Source: Paragordius varius
Lineage: Eukaryota > Animalia > Nematomorpha
Direction of reading: 5' to 3'
Length of the DNA stretch: 64,000 nucleotides
Assembly (NCBI GenBank): GCA_964247055.1
Contig: OZ176053.1
Location: 11,718,001 to 11,782,000 of the forward strand
The notes under the pieces were generated by a model, which was given only the letters and a program-made list of their open reading frames with translations, had not been told where the DNA came from and did not search any database. The position numbers and the translations under genes were made by a program. Shown one piece after another: positions 1 through 11,034 of this stretch (positions are counted from its first letter, which is position 1; every line of letters begins with the position of its first letter).

Positions 1-239
1 GTTTAACACACTTACCAAAATTTACAAACAGTTGATCATAACCAAATACTTTGCGGTATCAAAATTAAATTTAAAATAACCTAACCTATGTTAGATGCCA
101 GCCAGTACTTTAAATATTAATTTTTACGACAAAACATTTAGATATTTTTACACAAATATTTTGCCATATTATACTAAACCTAATCACTCTCAAGTAAAAA
201 ATTGCCTAAAATCTAATGAATCCTTAAATATGGTTTATA

Positions 240-495
240 TACCATTTACAGTTGAAATCACCCTCGAATAATTCAAATCCACCCTAAAATAAAGAAGTGT
301 TTTTTCACATTAAACCTTTTTTTTATATTTTTAAATATAAAATTCTGTTTACAATTAATATAATGCTGAAAAAATAATAAACAATGAGTAAAAATATGTT
401 TTTATTAATGAATAGTTATATTAGCCCAAAAACACATAATTTACTTTTAGGGTAGATTTGAATTGTTCAAAGGTGAATTAGAATTGTAAATTGTA
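240..495. mobile_element. Palindromic MITE family C, TA target duplication
   Basis: Ends TACCATTTACA...TGTAAATTGTA flanked by TA; long internal inverted repeats; empty paralogous site at 5346-5357; other copies at 15813-15997 and 35250-35519. Confidence 0.8.
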
Positions 496-670
496 TATCA
501 TCAACATTTGAAATTATGGAAACGCCATGAATAATTTTGAATGAAACGATTTTTAAAAGATTTCGATATTGAAAAATTTACGTCATATTAATCTATTGTG
601 ATGACTATTTTTGTTTTGGGATTCATTAACTTGGTTTTTACTAAATATATAATAATATTTCGTACTTTAG

Positions 671-694
671 ATACCACCGTAGCACCAGCCAGAG
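671..694 (+). CDS. 24-nt micro-exon, phase 1-1 (xTTVAPAR)
   Basis: tactttag|ATACCACCGTAGCACCAGCCAGAG|gtatgt; paralogous to 6350-6382 with mostly synonymous differences. Confidence 0.7.
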
Positions 695-1007
695 GTATGT
701 TCAGAAATGTTTATTTCAATGATTTAAGCTTATCTTAATCATCTAAACAAAAAATGGGCGTATAATTTTACAGAGTTAGGCAAAGCGTATACTTAATTGA
801 TACTTTTTTGTAAAATTGGCTAAAACATATTTAGCCTTTTCCGAATAAAAAGCAAATTTTATAGGAGTGGAATAAAGACTAAATAAAAAAAGAAGCTTGA
901 TTAGGATCGCCTCTTATGCATGACTTCAACTTCTCAAAATAGTACCGGAAACTTTTTGTTACATTGAAGATCATATTATGCATTATTATAGAAAACCCGG
1001 AAACCAG

Positions 1008-1038
<31 letters not shown>

Positions 1039-4000
1039 GTATAAATTTATATTTATTTACAAAATATATTAAACCATTTTTGAGCGTAGTTAATGTTGGG
1101 TCTTAATCATAATGAATACTTTTCGAACTTGTAACTTTGAGGGCATGTTAAAATAATCTTGCGACATTTTAAATTTTTTTTACCAAGTTTGTCGAAAATG
1201 TTAATTTCAGTATTTGTCTGTTTCATTCGTTTTTATTATGTTACATATAATTTTACTTTCACCGTAAACCCGATGAACCTAATTCTAAAATATATGGATT
1301 AAATCATGTTAACCATTCTGATAAATAACCCATTTTATGACTTAATTTATTTTGATTTTAAAACACAATCTGTAAATGTTTAACAATGGAATTACATTAG
1401 GTAATTAATGACCAATACCAGGTGTAGTCATAAGTTATAGGCTAGACAAGAGAAGACGGAGCGAAAATAGGACGATTAAATTGATACAGACCCCATTCGT
1501 TCCTCTAAAAACTACAAACGCCCAACATTTAGGTTCGCCAAAAAATAACGTATCATATATATCATTAAATATTCACATCGAATTTTTTTCTGCAAAAAAA
1601 ACACCTTCGGCGCATTGCTTTTCTATTATTTTCTCAGAAGAGAAATGATGTTGAAAGTCATCGTTTGGTAAAAACATATGGTGTTAACATGTCTGAAATA
1701 TGTGAAACATGGGGTTCGAACATTTAAAAGTTGTGATAATGTAAAGTGACTGGTCGCTCAGTAAATCTCACTGCGAAGACGATAAATCCAGGAGTTATTA
1801 ATGATGACTCAACTCAAACCCATAACCATTACTGATATGACAAACAATAATCAGTAGCGTCTATGAGCAATTGGAAAGATTTAAACTCGTTAAATGGATC
1901 TTTCATAATTTGTATATACGCCACTCAAAGTGACTTGTATAATCTTGCGTCAACTTCACGGAAGAAAATCATTTTTGCCTCGAGTAACAATTTAAGAGAA
2001 GTGGCTTTCTATATCCAAAGTGGAAAAATCGTGGCGTTCACCCCAAGCCGCAACACTAAGGCCTAATCGCTTCGGCAAGAAATCATGTTGTGTAGTGTTA
2101 TTATTATGTACTATGAACTTTAAATCCCGGCATTTTACAAACACCTTTATTAATAATAAATGATTGATTTGAACCATGCAGTAGAAAAACGACCGGAACG
2201 CGCGCAGAGTGTATTCCTTATTTCAATATTCCGTCTCACACACCAAACTAGTGAAGAAGCCTTAAAAACACTTTGAAGGAAATTCTTCCGTATCAGCTAG
2301 AGCTCTTGTGGCCTGGTGACATTCGATTATTACCACTTTGCATCAATCAACATCAGCCGCAAAGCTCTTTAATAATTTCCAAGATAAAATGGTTGACAAT
2401 GTTTGGCACGAGACAATCAGTTTTTCTGGCACGGCATCTGTATATTACGTGTAGAGATGGGCAAAATGCGTAGAAACGGATGAACAATATTGAGAATATA
2501 TTAATGATAGGTTTTCTTTCCAAACATTTTTTTAGTGAAAACCGGTTAATTTATCGCTACACCTCGTGTTATTCAAACCGAGCAAATGAAATTTATGTAA
2601 TGTGTGAACGCCTTATTATAAAAAATCGGGATAAATTTATTTATATATATATATATTATATTTAAACCATATAGTGGCTCCTCCTCCTTCATGTAACTTT
2701 TCAATATAAATTAATATTTTAAACATGCATATTTTTTAAAAATTTGGAATTATCATATAAAAAAATGCAAAATAAAATGCGCATGTTTTAATTCATTTTT
2801 AATTTTTTGCTCTGTAATTTAAGAAATAAATAATTTAAATGTATCATAATTGGCCAAAATGGATTAAACTTTGGTTATTTTAAATATTACAGTATTTATT
2901 TATATCTTCCATTTTTTAATATTGTACCAACAAACATCTATATATTTATAAAAATGGAAATGCTGGCTTATCTGTTTCCGGAAAACCGGTAAACCCATTC
3001 AAATCCAAATATCAAAAATATATAATCATTGATAAATGCCCCGACAATAGCTTCGCCCTTTTTTTGAATTAGGCCCCCAGTTCGGGCCACCCCGTGTAAA
3101 AAACGGTTTTTTTTGCAAACTAAGTCCACAAAAATCGTGTCTTTGAGACAATTTTCCGGAGAACCTGTTGGACCATTCGATTTCAAATATGATTTTTTTT
3201 TACTTATTTTCGATTGCGCCGAACATAGTCGGCTCGCTTTTTTAATTTCGGCCCTCTTTTTACCCGCTCCCCCCGGGTAATTAAATTTATGTAATGTGTG
3301 AACGCCCTATTTTAAAAAATTGGGATATATTTATTTAATATATATTATATTTATATTCCTTTTTCAATAAACCATATAGTGGCTCCTCCTCCTTCATGTA
3401 ACTTTTTAATATGAATTATTTTTTTAAATATGCATATTTTTTATATTTGGAATCTTCATGTAAAAAGAAATGCGAAAAACTAAAATGTGCATGTTTTTAA
3501 TAACTTTACACTATTTTCTGTTCTGTAATTTATTAAATAAATAATTAATAATGTATCAAAATTGGCCAAAATGGATTAAACTTTGGTTATTTCAAATATT
3601 TTACAGTAAAAATTAAATTTATTAAGACAAAACGTGAATATAAATTTTTTCCCCTAAGACAGCCATTATAAGCCCTGTCTTCCTTTTCACAACCCTATTA
3701 TTAACGATTTCAAATTAGGTTTGTCACCAATTTAAATCTCTATTACTTTATTTCGAAACCGAAAACGATAGGCTATAAAAAATAAAGCTTAAAAAACATA
3801 TCTGTGTATTTTTCTAAAAAATAATAGTTTTGGTTATAATTTCAATTTTCAAATTCAGTTCACAACTTTTTAATAAAAGATATATAAATAAATCATTTAT
3901 TAATATCATCCATTTTCCAATATTGTATCAACATACATATTTATTTATATAATTAAATAAGAGAAATAAAATTTTGATAACATGGTTTTTTTAATATTTT

Positions 4001-7000
4001 TTTATATTCAAATTTAAACTATTTTATTACGTGTATATTAGCTGTAGTACCTCCCATATCCTCAAGTAATTATTATATTATAATCTTCCGCTGACCTTTG
4101 AAAAAATCAAACTTTCATAGATTTAAATTTAGATTTTATAGGATATACACTATAAATAAATTATGGATCAAAACAGGCTGGAACACGATTAAATTAAAAA
4201 ATATATGTAAATTTAGAAGATTGTTATATTTCAAAAGCATAAGCTCCATACTATTCAATTATGATTATTTCAAATTACCTTAAAAATAAACACAAAGAGA
4301 TAGACATAACCTGATTTTTTCTTTATAAAATAAAGCAGGGTTTCCCAATAATGGTTCATGGGGCTGGCTGAAAAGGCTAACCGCAAAAATTATAGATAGT
4401 TAGGGTTTAGTATTGTTTATAGTTATAAGAAATTGAATTTTTTTAAAAAATACAATTTGTAAAATTTACTTTTTATGATGATAGTAATACATCTAAAAAT
4501 AAACATTATTTGATTATTAAACCTTATTATATATTGTATAAAAACAAATTTAGAATACGGTTTTTTTGTTAATTTTGAAAATGGTACAAAAAGTGTCAGA
4601 TGCTTAAATGCTTTTGCCACAAATAATTAAAATTTTAAAATATATTGTCAAGTGTGTCACATAGAAATTTTCCAAAACGATAAGTTATATTTCTTTTTAT
4701 TATAGCATTAATACTGAATTATTAATTTATCCCCCAATGACTCCATTTATAAAAGTCAAATATTGGAAATATAAAAAATGTTGCGTTAAGTTGGGTAAAA
4801 AATATAACCAAACTTTTGATAAATGCTTACTTTATTAGGCTTGAGTTAGTTTAAATTATACCTTTAATGTTAAAATATATGGTCTAATCTAATTGTATTA
4901 ACATGGTGTGTAGATTGGTAATAGATTTTCAAAATTATTGGGAAATTGTTTAAATTGTTTCAGTTTATTAACGAAAAAATAACCAGATACGAGGCTCAAA
5001 GTTATATTAATATATGAATCTAAACGGTAATTTGGCCAAAATATAATTATCGAACCGTATTATAGCTTGAACAATTTTATTTTACATTGTTTCACTTTAA
5101 TTTAAAAGTTACAGTTGATCATAATCAAATATACTTTGCTGCATCAAAATAAAATCTAAATCTAAAATTTCACTATACTTTTAGAAGGCCAGTACCTTAA
5201 GGGATTTACTAAAAAATTTTAATTAATTTTGATGACAAAACATTGAAATATTACTTACACTAACAATTTGTCATGATATATTAAACCTATTCACTCTCAA
5301 GTAAAAAAATTGCAATAAAAGGAAGTAAGAAATGATTTAATAGATGGTTTATATCATAAACATTTGAGGTAATGGCCAAAACGCCTTGAATAACAATGCA
5401 AACAAGTCTTAAAAGATTTCTAATATATTGGGATATTACGTTAAAAACTAAAGGGGAATTTTTAATATCACAAATGAGATCTTTTAAAGTGATAAATTTT
5501 GGGTGTGTATCGTTGAGAAGGGCTATTTGTTGGTAATGAATTGTTTCAATTTCTTAAATATTGTTCTTAAAGATCATTACCAGCCAATAGCTGATTTAAT
5601 TAGATAAAACTTTTTTTGACTCCAATTATTTTTTTGAAGTTTAACTTCAAACCTATCGAAATTCTCGTAAAACCTGGCAAACTTTACAAAAAAAACTAAA
5701 TCAAATATAGCTATCAATATATATTATTGGTGATCACATAATTCAAGCGTTCATTTCATTTTTTAAAGGTTTATACCTCAATTGAATTATTTTTATATTG
5801 CTAAAATTTTATTTCGAATTGTTAAATAATTTGTCATTTTCAAAGTCTCTGTATCAACTAACTTAATGTAAGAATAATTTAATTAAAAAAACGAGAGGAG
5901 TTTCTGCGTGTTATTAAATTTTTTAACAAATCAATAAAGCAAAAAATTACTCTAAATAAACATCTATATGATTAGACTCTAAGCTTACCAAAAACTAATA
6001 TTAAGCAAAATATAAGTTAATAAATGGCTTAAATTTAATTCTATATATTGAAAATTAATATATCATGACTCATAAGAATTTTGTAATACATTAAAGCTAT
6101 TTATAATGTATGATTAGATATACATTGCTATTTGTCAATTTAAAATTGTCAGTTGTATGCATTTGTAAAAACGACTATACTGGTTTGTATGCTATCTGGT
6201 ATTAATTAATGAAAAATTTTCAATGTACACTTACTTATAATGTTTTCATAAACAAATATTACATATTAATCTCTTGTGATGACTATTTTTGTTTTTAGAT
6301 ACATTAAACTGGGTTATTACAAAATATATATTAATATTTCGTACTTTAGATACCACCGTGGCACCAGCTAAACCAGCTAAAGGTATATTCAGAAATGTTT
6401 ATTTCAAAGATTTAAGCTTATTATGAAACCCTGAATCATTTAAACAAATAATTGGGCCTATAATTATACAGTATATAGCAAATAGGATTAGTATTGGCTA
6501 ATGATAATCAATGAACAATTAGCAAATTAACTTGCTCACACTGTAATTTAGGCATTGGAATTTTTTGCCATTTTACATGTCTAACCAGTTTTAAAACAAG
6601 CAACCATCGCGTTTAAAATAAACTATAAAATATTTTCTTTTAATTTTGGCTTTCAAAAACTCTTACATTTTAATTATACGATCATTAGTTTACCAAATAT
6701 AAAATATACATTATGAATATAAAATCATGCAATTTAAGACTAATTAAAATTTAAGTTTTTTGATTGTAGTTTAATAAAAACTCGTCAGTATATCCACTTG
6801 GCTAACTTTTAAGGCCAAATTGTTTTTTTTGTAACCGAAACCCAAACGCATTGAAATTGAAATATATGCGAAGTTTTGCGATAAAAATTTTTGTTGTAAA
6901 TCATTAAAATTAATTATTTATCAAGTTTAACCACAATTTAGATAAATGTTTATATTATTAAATGTTAGGGCAGAGGTGACCAACAAATATCTTTGCAGCT

Positions 7001-8508
7001 ACTTTGATAATTTTAGTTTTTTTATATTTATTGTAAGCCCAATTTTTGATCGTAAATTTTTGTTTGAAATCAATTTTTTATTTCTAAAATTTTTTAAAGC
7101 AATTTTTTCGGAAAAAAGTGTGTGAACATCCCTGTTATAGAGTGTTTCAATATGTTCATATATATAAATCATAAATTTTTTTAGGAAAAATTGTTAAGAA
7201 ATTAGTTGATTTAATGGTATAACATAAAAAGTTACAAACGTTTTTTTTGGACAAAAAGCCGTTATATAATAGTCCATTCATAAAAATGTCCGCATAAGTA
7301 GTATATTTGATTAAATAATTTTGTAAAAATTCCTCTTTGGGTTTTAATTCAAAAAAGACTAACTTATTATTAACACGGTTACAACTTTCAATTGAATTTT
7401 AGGATACATTCAATTCAAGCTAAAAAAACAATAGAATTTTATAAACATATGACTATCCTCAAAAAATCATTGGTGCCTAAAGAAAATATGTGTTCTGAAT
7501 TCAATCAACGCCTAAAAAATATTCATATCTAATATATATATATATATATATTGTATCCAGTAAACAGTAATTTTATTGATTATCAGCCTTTCAATTGGCT
7601 AATTGAGAAAAATGTGTAGACACGAATTCTGAATTTCCAATCAAAAGATCCATATAATCAATAATCCTTTTATTTTAATTCATAAACTAATAATACGATC
7701 TCATAGACTTTGATTATTCGATTCCTATTGTATTCAAAAAACACTTCAGGTTAAAATTAAATATAACCTAATTATAAGAGCTATCATTTTAATCTCCAAA
7801 TAAACCCTGTATACAAACATACGTTTCATAATCAAATTAAATCTATAACATTGGGTTTCCTTATTGGAAACTCACTAAACTATCATATGCTATAGAAATG
7901 TATTTTTTTTAACAAAAAATATAATCAAACAAATATTATTTTAGTTATGTATATGCATTTAATTTTTTCTCCATTTGCCATTTAAAAGGGACGCGTATAA
8001 CCAATAAAATGAATGCTGTTTATGTATTGTTTTTAAAAATGTAATATTTATTGTTATTAGTTGTCAAGTTTTATGAAAGTTGTACCGATATAGAATGTTG
8101 CTCCTCTTATCCGTTAAAGTTTGAAAAGAATGTAAGCAAGGCTACGGAACTAAGAGTTGGTGCTTACTGGCGTCGAGGTGACTAAAAATTGATTAAATGT
8201 TTTAATTTATGAGATTGTTGTAATTTTTATTATCGTAGGCCCACCTGTAAAATATACGGTAAACGAAAAGACTGAATATATGTCCATAATAAATGTGACT
8301 AGCTATATGGTAATTTCTAATATTTTATATATTAATACTAACAAATATATATTATATGATTTATAATTGTTTATAATAGAAAAACGCCAAGGTCGAGGCT
8401 CAAATGGATAAATATGTTTTAATGAGTTGGTATAAATTCGGTACGAAGGGATGTACTTGGGATAAATTTTATAATACGATTTTAAAAATGATTGAACAAT
8501 ATTATTAA
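671..8508 (+). CDS. Orphan micro-exon gene, 5'-partial: Pro/Thr/Ser-rich stalk plus Cys-containing C-terminal domain
   Basis: Join 671-694, 2675-2692, 3380-3397, 4042-4065, 6350-6382, 8061-8177, 8239-8309, 8380-8508 gives one open frame: xTTVAPARVAPPPSLAPPPSSVVPPISSNTTVAPAKPAKVVKFYESCTDIECCSSYPLKFEKNVSKATELRVGAYWRRGPPVKYTVNEKTEYMSIINVTSYMKNAKVEAQMDKYVLMSWYKFGTKGCTWDKFYNTILKMIEQYY*. All junctions are AG/GT and phase-compatible. The start lies upstream of the window. Confidence 0.7.
1418..2566 (+). mobile_element. Decayed Mos1-like mariner transposon
   Basis: Left end TA-CCAGGTGTAGTCATAAG, right end TTATCGCTACACCTCG; frameshifted peptides ESHRLVKTYG, RKKSFLPRVT, RPNRFGKK match the Mos1 transposase pattern (LVETYGE, KSFLHRIVTGDEKW, RPNRFGKK). 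Confidence 0.85.
2675..2692 (+). CDS. 18-nt micro-exon, phase 1-1 (xAPPPS)
   Basis: ccatatag|TGGCTCCTCCTCCTTCAT|gtaact; identical copy at 3380-3397. Confidence 0.7.
3380..3397 (+). CDS. 18-nt micro-exon, phase 1-1 (xAPPPS)
   Basis: ccatatag|TGGCTCCTCCTCCTTCAT|gtaact; exon identical to 2675-2692 while the flanking intron has diverged. Confidence 0.7.
4042..4065 (+). CDS. 24-nt micro-exon, phase 1-1 (xVVPPISS)
   Basis: tatattag|CTGTAGTACCTCCCATATCCTCAA|gtaatt; C-rich island in AT-rich intron; alternative in-frame acceptor 6 nt downstream. Confidence 0.6.
5100..6470. repeat. Duplicated intron-exon cassette Y, copy 2 (with about 0.8 kb of extra internal sequence)
   Basis: Colinear with 1-775; lacks the MITE at 240-495; carries micro-exon 6350-6382. 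Confidence 0.75.
6350..6382 (+). CDS. 33-nt micro-exon, phase 1-1 (xTTVAPAKPAK)
   Basis: tactttag|ATACCACCGTGGCACCAGCTAAACCAGCTAAAG|gtatat; internal 9-nt duplication relative to 671-694. Confidence 0.7.
6971..7134. mobile_element. Possible hAT-type MITE remnant
   Basis: Ends CAGAGGTGACCAAC ... GTGAACATCCCTG resemble the element at 57130-57458; no clear target duplication. Confidence 0.3.
8061..8177 (+). CDS. Exon of micro-exon gene, phase 1-1, 117 nt
   Basis: gttattag| ... CGTCGAG|gtgact; open frame VKFYESCTDIECCSSYPLKFEKNVSKATELRVGAYWRR. Confidence 0.75.
8239..8309 (+). CDS. Exon of micro-exon gene, phase 1-0
   Basis: tatcgtag| ... TATATG|gtaatt; GPPVKYTVNEKTEYMSIINVTSYM. Confidence 0.75.
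8380..8508 (+). CDS. Terminal coding exon of micro-exon gene
   Basis: ttataatag|AAAAACGCC ... TATTATTAA; KNAKVEAQMDKYVLMSWYKFGTKGCTWDKFYNTILKMIEQYY*. Confidence 0.75.
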   Translation, partial: KNAKVEAQMDKYVLMSWYKFGTKGCTWDKFYNTILKMIEQYY

Positions 8509-9539
8509 ACAATATGGAAATTTATAGAAATGAATGTTTTTTTTAATTTGTACGTCATCTAATCCAATATTTTATATTTTTTTATTAATTACTGAATCAA
8601 TCCTATATGATTTATATACTAATATCTTTCCAACTCACACTGTTTTACAATAATTTTCGACTGATAAATGTAACTACCTTGATATTAAATTTAACTTTTC
8701 AACTTTTATCAGCTATAGCCATCTCATCTCTGCTTCTTCAAAAACTTTTATTTTTATGGTAACTAAATAAACATAAATTTTACTTTTTACTTTTAATATT
8801 ATTATTAGCCAATAAATATCCCCTTTATATGTGTTATACTTGATGAAAAATAAATCAATACTTAGATTGTAATTGGCTAATTGATGTTGTTATATTATTA
8901 TGTCTTATTGGCCCAGAAGCTTTATAATTAATATTGATGGTTATTGTAGGCAAAATATAATCACAACAAATTGACTCAAATAAAAGATGATTGAAAGATG
9001 TAAATTTATATTTAACAGTAATTGAAAAATTTAAATTTAGTCAAAAAATCTGAGGCGATAAAAATGTCGGCATCATAAGATTATGTAAATAGTTTTTATA
9101 TACCCATCAGATCTGTATTAAGATGGGTTACTTATGGTAAAACAACCCAAATATATTTGGTAGGAGTGAATATGTATATTTTAAGTATTTTAGGTTCTTA
9201 ATAAGCTTTACCTTTATTTGATAAAATTTGAAATGGCCACAATATCCTATTTTGGTCTCAGTGTGCTTTAAAATTTTAATAAATAGAGATTAATAGGGTT
9301 TTAATAAAGTATTATATGTTACATCTTCTATGAATTAACTTTGTTCAAAAAAGTGTTTGAATTAATAAAATGCTTTTTGGTTAATGTTCGCCTATTTTTA
9401 CAGATCGTATATGATTTAAAATAGATAATAATTCCTAATCGCTTCCTTTTCGCATAATAACCAATTCAACAATATTAAGTAAAATTATTATTTGTCTGGC
9501 TAAAGTTATAATATGATAAGAAACCCTTACGTCCGTCAA

Positions 9540-10340
9540 ATACCCATAAAAGCAAAGTTGTCCATAAAAAACACAATTTTATAAAAGCTGTGGGCTAAAG
9601 TTCGAAACAATAAGTGGTAGATGTAGGTGAGACGACCCGCTCGATTCAAGTTGCGAGAGCTGTTTCAGAACTAGATTCAAAATCAAAAAGGTTAAAACAG
9701 CAACCTGTATGGGTTTTATTTTTAGGAAGCTGGTTCTACCGCACAAAATAGAATTAATCGGTCTTATTAAACTGCAAGAACCATTTTAACCGGTTCCAAG
9801 ATCGGGATGAAGATTTTTAGACTTTATATATATATATATATATATTACCTTTCAATCTGCTTTTTTAAAATGGATATTTATAAAATTTATTTTTACAAAC
9901 TATTAAGTTTAAGAAAAAATAATTTGTCGGTTGTGGGCATTACATATTCGGGGAATCATTTTTGTGCGCATTGGGAAGGAAATATAAACCAATCCAGCAC
10001 CAATCCATTTTTATAATTCCAAACCCAAAGTTGTTGACGTCTGTATCTTTGTACACAATTTTTTTCAATAGCGGCTCTATTTCAAAAAATTTATATTATA
10101 AAACATTTTTATAAACAGGTATTTTGGAATATATTACTTATTGCAAACTCCGATTTCTATTTGTTGAACCCAATTTGGAAAAAGGTGGGCAATAAGCATG
10201 GATTTACTATGAATGTTTTTAGCCCATCTCGGTGTAATTATTTTTTTGAGAGTAGCACAATCATTTGACAAGGGTGTCCCAAAGGAATTACTGTGTTGTG
10301 ACTCGGTTAAAGAGCGCAAAAGAAGTCTGATCAAAAAAAA
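9540..10340 (-). mobile_element. Possible highly decayed IS630/Tc1-like transposase remnant
   Basis: GC-richer patch; broken-frame YCPPFS and QIEIG segments recall the LPPYSP-LNPIE motif; no inverted repeats found. Confidence 0.2.
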
Positions 10341-11034
10341 TCAAATATGCATAATTTTTCAAATAATGTTACAATGAAAATTTTTCTATATTTTCCTCTA
10401 GCACAAAATCAAAACCATTTTTATTCGTTAAAAATATTTTTATTCCATCAATAATATTGAAATCTTTTCTTTCAAACAATTAAAACATTAATTGAAATAT
10501 GTGGTATTAAAATAAATCTAAAAGGGGAGGTCAAAAGAGCTAACGGTCAAATTGTGTATGGTATATATATATATATATCAAAATTTATTGTCATTGATGT
10601 TTTAATTATACTACTATGTTTTTTGTATTAATTTATGATCAAAAATAATTGTGATTTCGATCATTTAAGCATGATATACAATAATCAATATATTAAACAA
10701 TGCGCTTCCTTTTACCATAATTTTTATCGACATCATGTGAGAAACAGTGCAATTTATAATTTTAGCAAACAACGAAAAAACTTAAATTGTTTTTTCAAAT
10801 ATTTTTACACTCAATACGGGTGCTCATTATGCGGCCGTTCAAAATATTTTTACGGCCTGCTAAAAATATGAAACAAAAAACCAAGTAAATAAATTTTAAA
10901 ATTTTTTAATTTCTAATTAACATTCTAAAATTTATATTATTTACTCAATAATATTATTTTTACAATAATTTACCTAAAATTATATTTTCATAACACTATT
11001 AATTGTTTAGTAAAGATTTAAGGTCATTTATATA

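Larger units (their letters stand above)
1..775. repeat. Duplicated intron-exon cassette Y, copy 1 (paralog at about 5100-5420 and 6265-6470)
   Basis: Shared blocks such as cagttgatcataa, cactctcaagtaaaaaattgc, ttgtgatgactatttttgtttt, aatatttcgtactttagataccaccgt and ttcagaaatgtttatttcaa; boundaries approximate. Confidence 0.8.
2586..3610. repeat. Tandem duplicated intron-exon cassette X (about 2586-2900 and 3278-3610)
   Basis: Both copies start aaatttatgtaatgtgtgaacgcc and share aaccatatagtggctcctcctccttcatgtaacttt and aattggccaaaatggattaaactttggttattt. Confidence 0.9.

Noticed and set aside
95-104. Possible micro-exon ttag|ATGCCAGCCA|gtactt
   Set aside because: 10 nt, and the paralogous position near 5185 gives 7 nt; neither keeps frame and length is not conserved.
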